Positions 25,109-37,961 of a stretch of 64,000 bases of DNA are shown in pieces. Origin of the DNA: Squalus acanthias. Its lineage: Eukaryota. Made by a program: the position numbers and the translations under genes. Numbering within the stretch: the first letter of the stretch is position 1; the number at the start of each line of letters is the position of its first letter. Location of the stretch: assembly GCA_030390025.1 (NCBI GenBank), contig CM059431.1, forward strand, positions 116,066,001 to 116,130,000. Direction: 5' to 3'. The notes below the pieces were generated by a model. The model was given only the letters and a program-made list of their open reading frames with translations. It was not told the origin of the DNA and ran no database searches.

Positions 25109-27319
25109 GGCCCGGATTTTGCAGTCAGCTGTGAACGAATGATGCCAGCAGTTCCTTACACTTACACTTGCACACGTAGGTCACGATTTTCCCTACCTCG
25201 GCGGGTCCGTGCTAGGCGGTGGCGGGTCCCAGCCCAGCTGTTGGCTCCAGCCCGCTGTCCAAAATTATCTTCCCCTGATTGGGCTTGTTAAGCCCCGCCC
25301 AGCGAGTTTCCCGGCCAATTGAAGGAAGTGAGTCTGATGATGTCCTTAAAGGGTCCATGCACAAATTTATTTGACATTTGTGCTGTCAGTGTTCTACAGC
25401 ATTGAAGTGCTGCAAACACTGACCAGCACTGCACAGAGGTGCATGGCTGCACCCAGGCTCTCCCATGACTCCCTCCATATGCTTATGGAGGGAGTCACAG
25501 CACGCAGGGAGGTCCTCTTCCCTTTCAATGGGTGGAAGAGACCTCCCCAGGACACCAACACAGCCTGGTTGCACGTTGCACAGGAGGACACAAGCAGGGA
25601 TGTCATCAGGAGGACCTGGCTGCAGTGGCGCAAACCTGTCAATAATCTCAGTAGATCACAAAACGTTACTGCAAAGCCACACTCAACCTCATACTGCTAT
25701 GCCACTCATCACATCCCCATCATTCTGCCTTCCCTACCCTACTCCTGCACATCCTTACTCACACCAACTTACCATTCACCTCCACCCATCCCTCTCTATC
25801 TATATTATCACATCCCCATCTCACTAGCCACCCCTCACACTCACCCTCATCCTTGTTCAATCATACCAACTAACAACACACAAGGGTAGGCAGTTGGGTG
25901 TTATCGCCAATGCTCATGTAAAGTTTCTGTTAATGTGGTGTCAAACATTGAAATCCTTAATTACAACACTTTCCATTCTTGGACAGATCTGGGTGCACCT
26001 TTGGAAGTGGCTTAGTGAGTTGCAGTGAATGGTGAGACATAACGGTACCCCCTGCAATGGTGATGAGTGTGAAAGGAATGGTGTGGGCATCGTAGGGATG
26101 CTTTATGTTGTTGGTGTGGGGTAGTGCCAACCTGGCGCATCATGTGGCACCCAGGGTGTACAGCATCAAGTGAAGTAAATCTGGCCATGATGAGGCCATC
26201 CCTGGTGTCCCGGGCAGCAATGTGGTTGGGTGTTGATGCCCTCTATCCTGTGCAGCATCAGATGATTGCGGAGAAGGTTGGTGTTGTTGTTGGTGTTGCT
26301 GGTGTGCCTGGTGATGCTGGTGTTGCGGCTGATTGTGGTCAGATTCTGAGGACCAAGGTGAAAGATTATTACCCATGCTGATGGAATAGATGGCAGGTGA
26401 ACTTGAGATGATAGAAGCGATCTGTCAGTGGTGAGAGATGTTGTTCCAATGAGGTGACACTGGATAGAGAGTTTGCTCCAAACACTTGCAACCTGCATAA
26501 AGCTCAATCTTTCTTCCAAATGCAGTAAGCAGTATCTTCTGAGCTTGGAAAGTGAACAGCTGTGAGATGGAAGCTTTTATAGCACATTTCAAGCTGTCAA
26601 GTAATGAGATGATCCCATGCTGATTCAACTCCCGACCAACTTACCAAATGTGATCACCGAGCAGCGTAGACCCCCATGGGCAACCTGGTAAATTTTGAAG
26701 GTGAGCTCAAAATTGTTGTTAATCCTCTGTTAATAAGGTCATAATGACCTGAATTGCCTCCCCGCCGCTGCGTGTCAGGTCTTCTCAGCGCTGACAGACT
26801 TGACATTTAGTAAAGTTGTGTGTCGGTGGGTTGACAGCGGGGTCCTGACCCGCTGGGGAATAAAAACACTTTCCCACCCGACCTGCCACCGATCGCGCCC
26901 GCTGACCCCCTGGAATATTTCTCCCAAACTTTCTATGGGCTTTTGCACTGGAACATGCAGTGATTAGAAATCCATTTGGCGTAGCACCCTCTAAAGCGGA
27001 TCTGGGACCTGTGTGAACAGGGCAAGCAACTGTGTGTCTTCTTAACCAATCAGATTGAAGAATTCTTACTGCGGCACGGAGAGTCTGAACCAGGAAGTGT
27101 AAGTTAGAATCTAACTTTTTCTGGTGAATTTACTGTGAATCTATCCCATAAGTATTACAACTTCACGCCCTTTCATGTGTTTCAATGCCAAATCTCTCGG
27201 CGAGATATCCATATAGCACAGCTTCTGGAGGAGCAGGGTGACTCGGACAGCAACCTCCTGATTTCTGCATTTAACTGCGCTGATTGCATCACCGTTATTT
27301 GTACTGCAAAATCTGGGGC
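25109..27319. mobile_element. Harbinger-type MITE split by a nested element
   Basis: Termini GGCCCGGATTTTGCAGT / ACTGCAAAATCTGGGGC. Confidence 0.65.
25179..26925 (+). mobile_element. Internally deleted Harbinger element with Myb/SANT-like first exon (~25440-25665)
   Basis: APRLSHDSLHMLMEGVTARREVLFP..AWLHVAQE..RTWLQWRKPVNNL (trihelix Myb/SANT pattern); Q/H-rich leader on the opposite strand; second copy at 48194-49985. Confidence 0.75.
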
Positions 27320-27324
27320 AATTC

Positions 27325-30160
27325 TTCCCTTCTTCGGCAGTCCCTCGGAACCGAGGATGACTTGCTTCCACACTAAAAATGAGTTCTCAGGTGACTGATG
27401 AGTCCAATGCGGGACCTACAGTCTCTGTCACAGGTGGGGCAGACGATGGTTGAAGGGGCAGGTGGGTGGGGTGCTTGGGTTGACGTGTGCTCCTTCCGCT
27501 GTTTGTGCTTGGCTTCCGCTTGCTCCCGGCGAAGAGACTCGAGGTGTTCGGCGCCTTCCCGGATGCTTCTCCTTCACTTTGTGCGGTCTTGGGCCAGGGA
27601 TTCCCAGGTGTCGGTGGGGATGTTGCACTTTTTCAAGGAGGCTTTGAGGGTGTCCTTGAAGCGTTTCCTCTGCCCACCTGGGGATCTGTTGCCGTGCCGG
27701 AGCTCCGAGTAGAGCGCTTGTTTTGGGAGTCTCGTATCGGGCAAGGGGACGATGTGGCCCGTCCATTGGAGCTGATCGAGCGTGGTCAAAGCTTCGATGC
27801 TGGGGATGTTGGCCTGAGCGAGAACACCAACGTTGGTGCACCTATCCTGCCAATGGATTTTCAGGATCTTGCGGAAGGAAGCGTTGGTGGTACCTCTCCA
27901 GTGCTTTGAGGAGCCTGCTGTACATGGTCCATGTCTCTGAAGCATACAGGAGGGCAGGTATCACTACTGCTCTGTACACCATGAGCTTGGTGCTGGGTTT
28001 GAGGTCCTGGTCTTCAAACACTCTCTTCCTCAGGTGACCGAAGGCTGCACTGGCACACTGAAGGCGGTGTTGGACTTCGTCATTGACGTCTGCCCTTGTT
28101 GACAGTAGGCTCCCGAGGTATGGAAAGTGGTCCACGTTGTCCAAGGCCTCGTCGTGGATTTTGATAATCGGGGGGCAGTACTGTGTGGTGGGGGCGGGTT
28201 GGTAGAGGACCATTGTCTTACGGATTTTTAGTGTACGGCTCTCGTACGCTTCGATGAAGGTGTTGACGATGGTTTGGAGTTCGGTCTCAGAGTGTCCGCA
28301 GACGCAAGCGTCGTCTGCATACTGTAATTCGATGATGGGACGAGGATGGGATGACCTTGGATCTGGACTGGATGCGATGGAGGTTGAACAGTTTCCCGTT
28401 TGTTCTGTAGATTAGCTCCACTCCAGCGGGGAGCTTACTGAGGGTGAGATGGAGCATTGCAGCCAGGAAGATCAAGAAGAGCGTTGGTGCGATGACACAG
28501 CCTTACTTGACCCCGGTCCGTACATGAATTGGGTCCGTGGTGGATCCATTGGTCAGGATCATGGCTTGCATGTCGTCGTGAAGCAGGCGGAGGATGGTGA
28601 CAAACTTTTGAGGGCAGCCGAATTTGCGGAGGACACTCCATAATCCCTCACGGTTGATGGTGTTGAAGGATTTTGTGAGGTCAAAGAAGGCCATGCACAG
28701 CAGTTGGTGCTGTTCCCTGCATTTCTCTTGTAGTTGACGCGCGGTGAAGATCATGTCCATTGTGCCCCTTAGTGGCCGGAATCCGCATTGCGACTCTGGG
28801 AGGAGCTCTTCAGCCACTGGGAGAAGGTAATTGAGGAGGATTCTTGCGATGACTTTCCCTGTGGCAGACAGCAGGGCGACTCCTCTGTAATTACCACAAT
28901 TGGACTTGTCACCTTGCTTGAAAATGGTTACGATTACAGCATCTCTGAGATCCCCTGGCATGCTCTCCTCCTTTCAAATAAGAGAAATTAGTTAATGTAT
29001 TCGCGCCAATAGTGCTTCTCCGCCATGTTTTAGTGCCTCGGCGGGGATTCCATCTGCTCCTGTTGTTCTTCAGTTGTCGGATGGCCTTTTCAACCTCATG
29101 CCGGGCTGGGGTTGTGCTGAGGTGGGGGTGGGTAGCATGCTGCGGGATGGAGTTGAGGACAGTCACGTCGAAGACAGAGTCTCAGTTAAGGAGATCTTCG
29201 AAGTGCTCCTTCCAGCGGGCACTGACTGCCTCTCTGTCCTTGATGAGTCCCTCTCCGTTCTTGGCCCGCAGTGGGGTAGGACCTTGGGTGCTTGGGCCGT
29301 AGCTGGTCTTGACTGCACTAAGGAACCCATGTACGTCGTGGTTGTCGGCTAGCTCTTGACAGATGAAATGTCAATCTGTGACGTCACCTGTTGCCGGGTG
29401 GCCCTTAATTGGCCTGCTGAGCCCGCTGGGCGGGCTCAACAAGGTCAATGAAGTGAAAATACAGTGGGTTGGCCACAAGTCGATAGAGGCGGGACTACAA
29501 CCCAAAACGTGGGAGTCCCGCCTCCATCACGTCTCCAGTATCAAATTCTAGCCCTCTGTGTCTCTGAGTCACTGGGAGTCGTCAGGTTGGTTGTGAGGCG
29601 CAGGCGGAGTAGGGCTTTCTTAGCAGAGTCTTTGAGTGCTTCAGCGTTGATTTTCCTGCGGCATTGCTTCTGTTGCTGCTGCTGTTTTGGGGCTATGTTG
29701 ATGGAGATGACATGGCGCGGGTGATGCGGACATCCTTGCCGTCCCTCGCTCGGACGATGACGTAGTCCAGCAGATGCCAGTGCTTGGAGCGAGGGTGTTG
29801 CCATGAAGCCTTGTACTTGTCTCTTTGATGGAACAAGTGTTGGTTATGACAAGGCCATGTTCTAAGCATTTCGTCAGGAGGAGGGTACTGCTGGAGTTGG
29901 CTTTCCCTACCCCCTCTCTGCCGATCACACCTCCCCAGAGGTCTGTGTCCTTTCCAACACTGGCGCTAAAGTCGCCAAGGAGGATCAGCTTGTCGCCCGT
30001 TGGGACTCGGGACAGGGATTGTTCGAGGCTGGAGTAGAATTCCTCTTTGGTCTCATCTGTGGCTTCCAGTGTTGGGGCATATGCACTGATGACCGTAGCG
30101 CACTGGTTCCGGGCTAGGGTGAGCCGTAGTCATGAAGCGTCCGTTTAATCCACAAGGGGG
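27325..30160 (-). mobile_element. RTE-clade LINE, 5'-truncated within the endonuclease, frameshifted
   Basis: LLPESQCGFRPLRGTMDMIFTARQLQEKCREQ, FFDLTKSF, FPYLGSLLS, RLPKQALYSEL, C-terminal C2H2 CDRDCRSRIGLISHLRTHF; EN motif LGDFSA at the 5' end. Confidence 0.95.
29353..29554. mobile_element. Right end of a Harbinger-type element inside the RTE
   Basis: GGAGTCCCGCCTCCATCACGTC..CAGTATCAAATTCTAGCCC matches the end of MITE 53364-53536. Confidence 0.7.
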
Positions 30161-31724
30161 CCAATTATGTCCTATGAGTAAGACTAAAGATCACTGTCTT
30201 CATAACGAAAAGTCTTTGGCAAATCTGTTTACTAATACTCTGCAATGACATAAAGTACGTTGAAACAAATCATTATGTCACTTGGATATGATGCCATGAT
30301 GAAAATGAAACAAGAGTCTTCTGAATCTGCTCTCTCTTCAGATAAAAGGCGTGCCCCTTTAAAGTCTGCAAAAATGATGAACAGTATTTGTCTGAAAATA
30401 TTATTGCAACTATAAAATTAAATACCATCTGCTCCACTGTAAAATGTAACTTTTTTGAAAACCAAAGTGTTTCTATATTCATTTCTATGGAAACCTAACC
30501 ATTATTAAATATACTGTCATCCATACCCTCATTTCTTAGCCACCGCAAATGGCAATTGACTAGTTGTTGATCTACCTACCAGAGTAGAACCATTGCAAAT
30601 AACAGATGTCACAAAATGTCAAATTGCTCCTGAACCATGACAGGAGAGTTTTTTTTGGAGATCCTTTAAATGCACAGAAGGCTGTCTGGAACATTTATTC
30701 TTAACCAGAGAGCATCTGTTTCCATGGAAACTCTCATTAGATTCTAATGCTTCAGAAAATGTTGTAAAAATTATTCTTTTTCATTTGAGTTTTATTGTGA
30801 TGTTTGGTGTTTGAGTGCTGAACTTCAATCATTTTAAGCACAGTTGTTTCAGATTGTTTATGCAATATTTATTGCTTATAATACATTAGCACCTTGCCCT
30901 TCTAAATGTGGTAAGATATCCTCAGAAGGCACTCTCAATACAAGGTTATTGCCTCTGTATTGTTATAAAAATATACTAAGGATGTTCACATAGTCCTAGT
31001 TTTGTAAATACAAAACAATAATTTTGGCCAATAAATTGGTTTCCATAGCAGAATTTATACAGTCTATACAAACTGTGGAGAATCAGTCATACACTCAGCA
31101 GGGTACATTGTTTACACTAATAACTGGTTTCTCGTGTGCGGTTACAGCTCAAATGAAAAGTCAGATTACATTACAAACTTGAAATTAAATTGAATCCTTT
31201 AAACTTTTTCTAAGGTGACTGTGCACCAGCATTTATTTGCATTTTGAAGGACTATGTGCTTCTAAATGGTATGCCCGTGGGAACCAATTCCAAGGCTGAT
31301 TAAACACCTCCACTGAACTCAAGGTTAGCATCTCTACTTTTCTGTGAATTGAGCAGTGGTTTATAGCCACATTGAAGAAACTTTAATTGCTTGTCAAAAA
31401 TTCTTACTGTGATAATTAGAAGAAGTCTAAATAACTATTAAAATGTATTTATTTACTTATTATGCTGGGGACATTTTAGCTGAGCTATACAGTGCAGGAA
31501 GGTCTTATAACAATATTGGTATAATTGGAAAGTAGACAGACTGTCACCTGGGGAACTAAATGTACTCTTGTAGTTGTTGGAGCTAAGTAGTTGGAATGTA
31601 AAATGTCCAGTCACATACTTTGTTAAATTAACGGCAGAGAGTCAGGGGCTGCAGGTCCTTGATTTCCTAACCTGCACCACTTGTGAGCACTGCTCCTCAG
31701 TGGTGCCTGATCAGAGAATCAGTT

Positions 31725-32510
31725 CTCAGAAGAGAGTCAGGAGGGGGGAAAAGGCACAATCAAAGAAGAGGGTCTTAAGGAAAGTTTTGAAGGTAGTGAG
31801 GAAGTTGGCAATGTGGAAATGTTGCAGAAAGGAGATCCAGAGGGTGGGAGCAAGTTGCCTTAAGGAGTGGCCGCTGACGGTGGACTGGAGGGAGTGGGGA
31901 ACAATAAGTATGCAAGTGTTGGAGGGCCAGAGGGTGCATACAGGGAGAGAAGGATGGTGGAGATCGTGGAGCTCGAGAGAACTAAGGCTGTAGAAGCTTT
32001 TGAAGATGGCAACGAGAATTTTATGGTCAATTCTATAAGACGAGGGAAACCGGTGGACATGGTTGAGGATTGACGTAATAGGGACGCAGGCCTTAGTGTG
32101 AGTCAAGACATGGGCTGTGACATTTTCAATATAGTTTATGAATTGTGGAAGTGGGAAAGCCAGCAGGAGGAGTCCAACTGTAATAAAAAGTCAAGTAGAG
32201 TTTCCACAGCAGAGCGGAACAGGTATGGGCAACAGCAAGTGATGTTGCAGAAGTGAAAAAGCATTTTTTGTTGTTGATGGGATCAGATGTGGAGGAGGTA
32301 CCTGAGCTCAGAACTGAGCAGTACCCCAAAGTTCTGTATGTCTGGTTTAGCCTGAGGTCGCATTTAGGGTGGTAGATGGAATCAAGGCTGGTGTTTCTGG
32401 AAGCCAAAGAGGATGGCTTTAGTTTTGCCAGTATTTTGCTAGAGGATGTTTTGGCTTTTCCACGATTCAATGTTGAATAGATAATTGGAAACAGTGGCAA
32501 TAGACAATGA
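31725..32510 (-). mobile_element. Old L2 3' fragment
   Basis: Minus-strand ORF PITSILNHVHRFP..RIDHKILVAIFKSF..APTLWIS..FKTFLKTLFF. Confidence 0.8.
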
Positions 32511-33359
32511 TTGTTAAATAAAACATTTATACAGTGATTATTATTAACCTGGTTAGGATTTGCATTATTCTTACAAAATTGGGAAGAGAATGTTATAAAT
32601 TTACATCTACAAGCAAAATAAACAGGGAGCAGGAACCCTGGCTAGATCATTTCTCCTCAGTCAGTGCAGGGGTTCAACTATAAAACATCAATTGCAGTTC
32701 CAGATAAAATCAGCAAATCAGCATGGAGCAGGGTTCAAATCTGTGACTATCCTGGCCAAAATGTTTTGTCAAGTATGTGGGAGGACAAAATGTAATCCAA
32801 ATATGTGTGGCAATCAAAAAAGTTTCTAGTTTTGTTTGTAAAAGTGTGTCTGCATCTGCAAACCATGCAGTTTTCCTTAACATGGGTCGCTTTCAAAACT
32901 GCAGCCTGACATCCTCTTTAATTGTGCAGCAATTGAATTAACCTTTAAACCCAAGTGCGGCTATTTAGATTGCTGTACCTGCGCAGGAAATCTGTTCTCC
33001 ACCTCCCCAAAATGTAGGCTCAGGTGACGCTGCAGTTGGGTCTTAATAGAATGTGTTTATCCAGGTCATCACAAATCACACACTGCACTCTGACCTGCTG
33101 CATCTGTAACCGTGGTGGAAATCCCACCCAATAATTATTTTTCTTCTTTATTGCTACTTTTACTTATTTTCTCTTTCATGGTTTCTTTAACGTAATGGAA
33201 TTTTAAAAATGTGGAAAGGGAATGACTAATGACAAATGAGAGGAAGGCTGTTCATAAGCTGAAGATAGACACAAATCCCTTTCTTGTCTCTTTGTCTACT
33301 TTGTGGATTACATTGAAATCAAAGCCTTGTCCTGTTTTCCTTTTCCTGTTTTTCTCAGG

Positions 33360-34195
33360 ATTAGGAAGACTATTCAGCCCATCTTAGTTCATCTGTCCAG
33401 AAAGACTTCATTTTCCTCCCATTGCAGCATCTAACTTGTTCGGAAATGATTCCAGGATTATCGCCTCCACTACTCTACCTGGAGTTCCATTCCGTGTGTT
33501 TATCGTTCATTGTGCAAAGAATAACTTCCTGATAACAGGCTTAAATTTACCTATTACTAGTTTCCCCTTTTTCTACTCTTGCAATTTAATTTAAAGTAAT
33601 ATTCTGGATTTACCGTTTCCATACCTTTTACTATCTTGTATCCTCTATTAGGTCACCTCTCAGATGCCTCCTTTCAAGGCTGAAGAACCAAGTTTCTCCA
33701 GTCTTTCATTGTAACTCAGACCTTTTATACTAAGGATTAACCTCATGGCTCTCTGCTGCACTGCCTCCAGCATTTCAATACCTGCCTTGTTGTTCAGTGA
33801 CAGAACTAGATGCAGTATTCATGGTGCAGTCTGAGCACTGTACAGTTTGATTCTGTCCTTCTGTGACTTTTGTATTCGATTGTTTTGGTTATGTAGTTCA
33901 ACATTCTCTTGACTTTATTGATTCCTCCTCTGCATTGGTTGGACATGCTGAGTGTTAATCTACTAGGACTCCTAGGTCTCTTTCTACTTCATCTGTAGCT
34001 ATTTCAAGACCATTCACAGAGTACAGGTGTCACACATTTTCTTCCTATGTGCAGTACTTTACTCTTGTATGCATTAAATTTCATCACTCACATTCTCTCC
34101 ACATACACCCTTTATCCAACACCTTCAATAATTTCTGAGCTGCCTCCTTGAATTCCATTGCCCTTTCTGTTTGGTATCATCCGCAAATTTGACTA
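33360..34195 (-). mobile_element. Old CR1 3' fragment
   Basis: Antisense of KFADDT (GTATCATCCGCAAATTTG) at ~34173-34191 and of LEKLG/LERRHLRGDLIE. Confidence 0.75.
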
Positions 34196-34324
34196 GAGTC
34201 AATTCTCTAGGTTGTGTTTTCTCTCTCTTCCCTGCATCCATCTCTCCTTCTCTACGTGTATCACAGACCACTTTACTGCTCCACTGAATTCCTGCTGCTA
34301 TCGAAGTGCCACACAGATCCGGCA

Positions 34325-35231
34325 GTGCAAGGGAAATGGTCGGAAAACGACACCCAGCTCTACCTCACCACCCCCTATCTTGACCCCTCCACTGTCTCTA
34401 AATTGTCTGACATCCAGTACTGGATGAGCAGAAATTTCCTCCAACTAAATATTTGGAAGACCGAAGCCAATGTCGTTCATCCCCGCCACAAACTCCGTTC
34501 CCTAGCCATCGGCTCCATCCCTCTCCCTGGCAACTGGCTGAATGAACCAGACTTTTCGCAACCTAGATTTTTGACCCTGAGATGACTTTCTGACCACATT
34601 GCCACGCCATCACCGAGTAAACGCCGTAGCATCACCCGACTCCACCCCTGCCTCAGCTCATCTGCTGCTGAAACCCTCATCCATGCCTTTGTTGCCTTTA
34701 GACTCGACTATTCAAACAGATGCCTGGCCAGACTCCCACGTTCTATCCTCCTTAAACTTGGGATCATCCAAAACTCTGCTGCCTACGTACTAACTTGCAC
34801 CAAATCCTGTTCAACCATCACTCCTGTGCTCGTTGACCTACATTGCATCCTGGTTAAGCAACGCCTCGATTTTAAAATTCTCATCCTTGTTTTCAAATCC
34901 CTCCATGGCCTCGCCCCTCCCTGTCACTGTAATCTCCTCCAGCCCTACAACCCTCCGAGATCTCTGTGCTCCTCCAATTCTGGCCTCTTGCGCATCCCCG
35001 AGGCCCTAAGCTTTGGAATTCCCTGCCTAACCCTCTCCGCCTCTCTACCCCTCTTTCCTCCTTTAAGATGCTTCTTAAAACCTACCTCTTTGACCAAGCT
35101 TTTGGTCATCTGCCCTAATATCTCCTTATGTGGCTCGATGTCAAATTTTGTTTGATAACGCTCTTGTGAAACGCCTTGGGACGTTTTACTTCATTAAAGG
35201 CGCTATATAAATACAAGTTGCTGTTGCTGTT
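34325..35231 (+). mobile_element. L2 3' fragment
   Basis: DTQLYL..WMSRNFLQLNI, RLDFKILILVFKSLHGLAP; GTTGCTGTTG tail. Confidence 0.9.
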
Positions 35232-36149
35232 ACCAAGGAAACAAAGCTTCACTACCAAATCTTTCTTGTTGCTTACATTTTTTGGAACCCACACAAAAAG
35301 AAGAACAGAAATCGACAAGACCTGAAGCAAACATAAATCTTTCCTGGGAAGTAAAAATCATCCACAAAACTGCTGATGGCATAGTACTAAAATTGGTCCA
35401 CGTGTATCTGGTATTCTAAATCTATCGTAACGCTGATTTAACATAACAGCAATAATAAACTGCCTGTGACTTTACACTTGTTCTGCAATTCTGATTTTTG
35501 TGTAACAAATTTATATTTTCATTAAGCTTCATTGGTTCCTTTTCTGAGTTTAGTATAGGCTTCAAAATCAAAAAGCCTTTTCCTGTTCTTCTTTTGTCCC
35601 CTTCATCTGGGACAGCTGTTACAAAAAGTAAAATTGGAAATGGTGCGGTCGCAAAGGTTGCCCAGTTTCCCAGTACGAATCATTCCAAATAGTCAGTCTT
35701 AATCCAATGATTCCGACTTTTTGATTGCAGCTGATTTGGTGCAATTCTTTGTACTTTAAGCCATGCCTTGTACCAGTGGATAAAACGTGGAAGAAGAAGC
35801 ACATTTAAAGTATGTACAATCTACACTCAAATTCCACTATGAATGCTAAAATCATAAGGGTAGATCTTGACTTGGTGTGATAGTGTAAAATGGGTGATAG
35901 CAAGTCGACAGCCCGTTTTAGATCACTCCCAATTTTTATTTCCATTGACTTCAATGTTTTTTCTTGCTTCAAATTTAATAATTGCAACATTCTCTGGAAA
36001 TAGAAGAAATTTGAAATTACTTCCAATGTCTACGTATCACCTCACAGACAATCTGTGGCCAATCCCTTGCTCCTAAAGGACTTCATTAATAATATTGAAT
36101 TTTACCTTCCTCTTCTGGGGAGAGATTGGGAAAAATCTTTGATATCTCT

Positions 36150-36650
36150 AAACTGCAGTTCTCAAGTCTTTGTTTTATCTTGAGTTATTTATAGTTTATG
36201 TATTAACATTCACAAGCATTTTGAATCTGCCAGGCATGGTCAGACAGCACATTGAGCTTTCTATATTTCCAGTGTTTCCTGATTCTGGTATTTACAGTAG
36301 TTGAGACGTAATCTTCTGCAGGTCTGCCTACCATGAGTCCCTCCGGAACCCTTCTTATTTTTAGATTGTTTGTAGATCTAGGTTATCTTTTCAGCTCCGC
36401 GCTCGTTTTTAAAGCTTCTGTCAGTTTATCTCCATCTGGTTTTTGAGGCTCTCACTCTGCAATTTTTCCTGCAGCATCCTTTATCTCTTGTCCAAGATTT
36501 CCAGCTGCTCTGTACATGTTTGCACTCTCTTAGATATACCATTAGTATTCATGAGATCCGTCATTATCATTTTCCAACCTGAGCAGTTCAGGGCTGCTGC
36601 TCCTTGCCACTGAGTGGAAGGTGGAAATTGTCTCTCTTTTTAAATCTGTT
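36150..36650 (-). pseudogene. Degenerate L1-type ORF1 relic
   Basis: Minus strand ~36340-36380 translates RSTNNLKIRRVPEG, resembling the RRNNLRIxGVPE motif of L1 ORF1; the rest is disrupted. Confidence 0.45.
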
Positions 36651-37961
36651 TTTTTTCTTCATTCTGTGACAGAATGTTTCCAGTCATTATTTACACTTTT
36701 GTTAAGTGAAGGCTCTACTTAGGAGTCCAAGTATTACCAGACAAACAGGAATATCGCTGAAGGTTCAGAATGTTTCACTGAAGCTCAGCCACAGGCAGCC
36801 ATCTCACTCCAATGTATCATGTAACTCCTGGATATCCAGCATTTTAGTGTTGGGGTCACTTGCGTAGCATCCGACAAGTTCTCATAGTGATGAGTCAATA
36901 GCATTTGAAATCAATTAGACTCTAATTGAGAATGCTTTCCCCTTTAGTCAATCAAAGTCTGCAGTGCTTAGTGTCTGTGGTATTGTGAACAGTTAGTTTT
37001 CACTGATATAACTGATTTAGTGAGCTAACCGATTTATCTGGGATGTAATTACCTTCTGGGCAGACCAGTAACTGGGACGAAGGCTTGAGAACATGAGAGA
37101 GTGGGGATACCAGCTCGAGTGTTACAGCAAACATGTGATTTAACTGTCGATTTATGAAGTGGAAGATAATGTGCACTGTGCAGTGGAAGAATATGTAGTC
37201 ACCAAGGTACAATGGCACTGTTCTATTTGGTAATCTTCCTGGCTGGGAGTAGATGTGAATAGCAGGAGCTTTATGAGAGATGCTCATATTTACTAAAAGC
37301 CAATGAGTATAACCCTCCAATCCAACTGTGCAAACTATAAGCCACTTAATGTTATAACATGGGAGGCTTCACAGGGAAAAGTGGGGGGAAATGGATCATA
37401 GAAATTTTAGCATATTATTATATCTGGGACGTAATTACCTTCTGGGCAGACCAGTGCATAACTCAATGCAGAAAACTTCATTTTCAAAACTGAACAAGAG
37501 ATGTTGCATAAATATCAGCTTATCATGCCTAGCTTTTCAAGTGGAGCTATTTAATCCATTTTATCTGCTCTTTCCCTATACCCTTTTATATTCTTCCCTT
37601 TCAAATTATTAACCATTCCCTCTTGAATGATCTTTTAGTCTCTGTTTCAATAGTCACTCATAGCAAAGTATTTCATATTCTAATAACCTGTGTGGGGGAA
37701 AAAAAACTTTTAACTTCTGCTTCATTCTTCTAGTGATATTCCTGAGTTTATAATTCACCAACCTTGGAAATGTTCTTTCACTATTTGTTCTCTCAAAATC
37801 TTTCATAATTTTGAAAACCTTTATTAGGTCTACCTTAACCTTCTCTGTCCCAGTGAAAAAAGAGTCACTTTCTGAGCCTCTGCAGGTACAGCAAGCAATT
37901 AAGAAAGCAAATAGAATGTTGGCCTTTATTACAAGAGGATTTGAGTACAAGAGTAAAGATG

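Noticed and set aside
27392..27423. CTGATGA-GTCC..GGAC resembling a hammerhead core on +
   Set aside because: No GAAA after stem II; it is the antisense of the RTE C2H2 coding sequence (CRSRIGLISH)
30523..30560. YPHFLATANGN resembling VAV1 YPENATANGH
   Set aside because: Stop codon follows immediately, no downstream C1 cysteines and no suitable splice sites; coincidence
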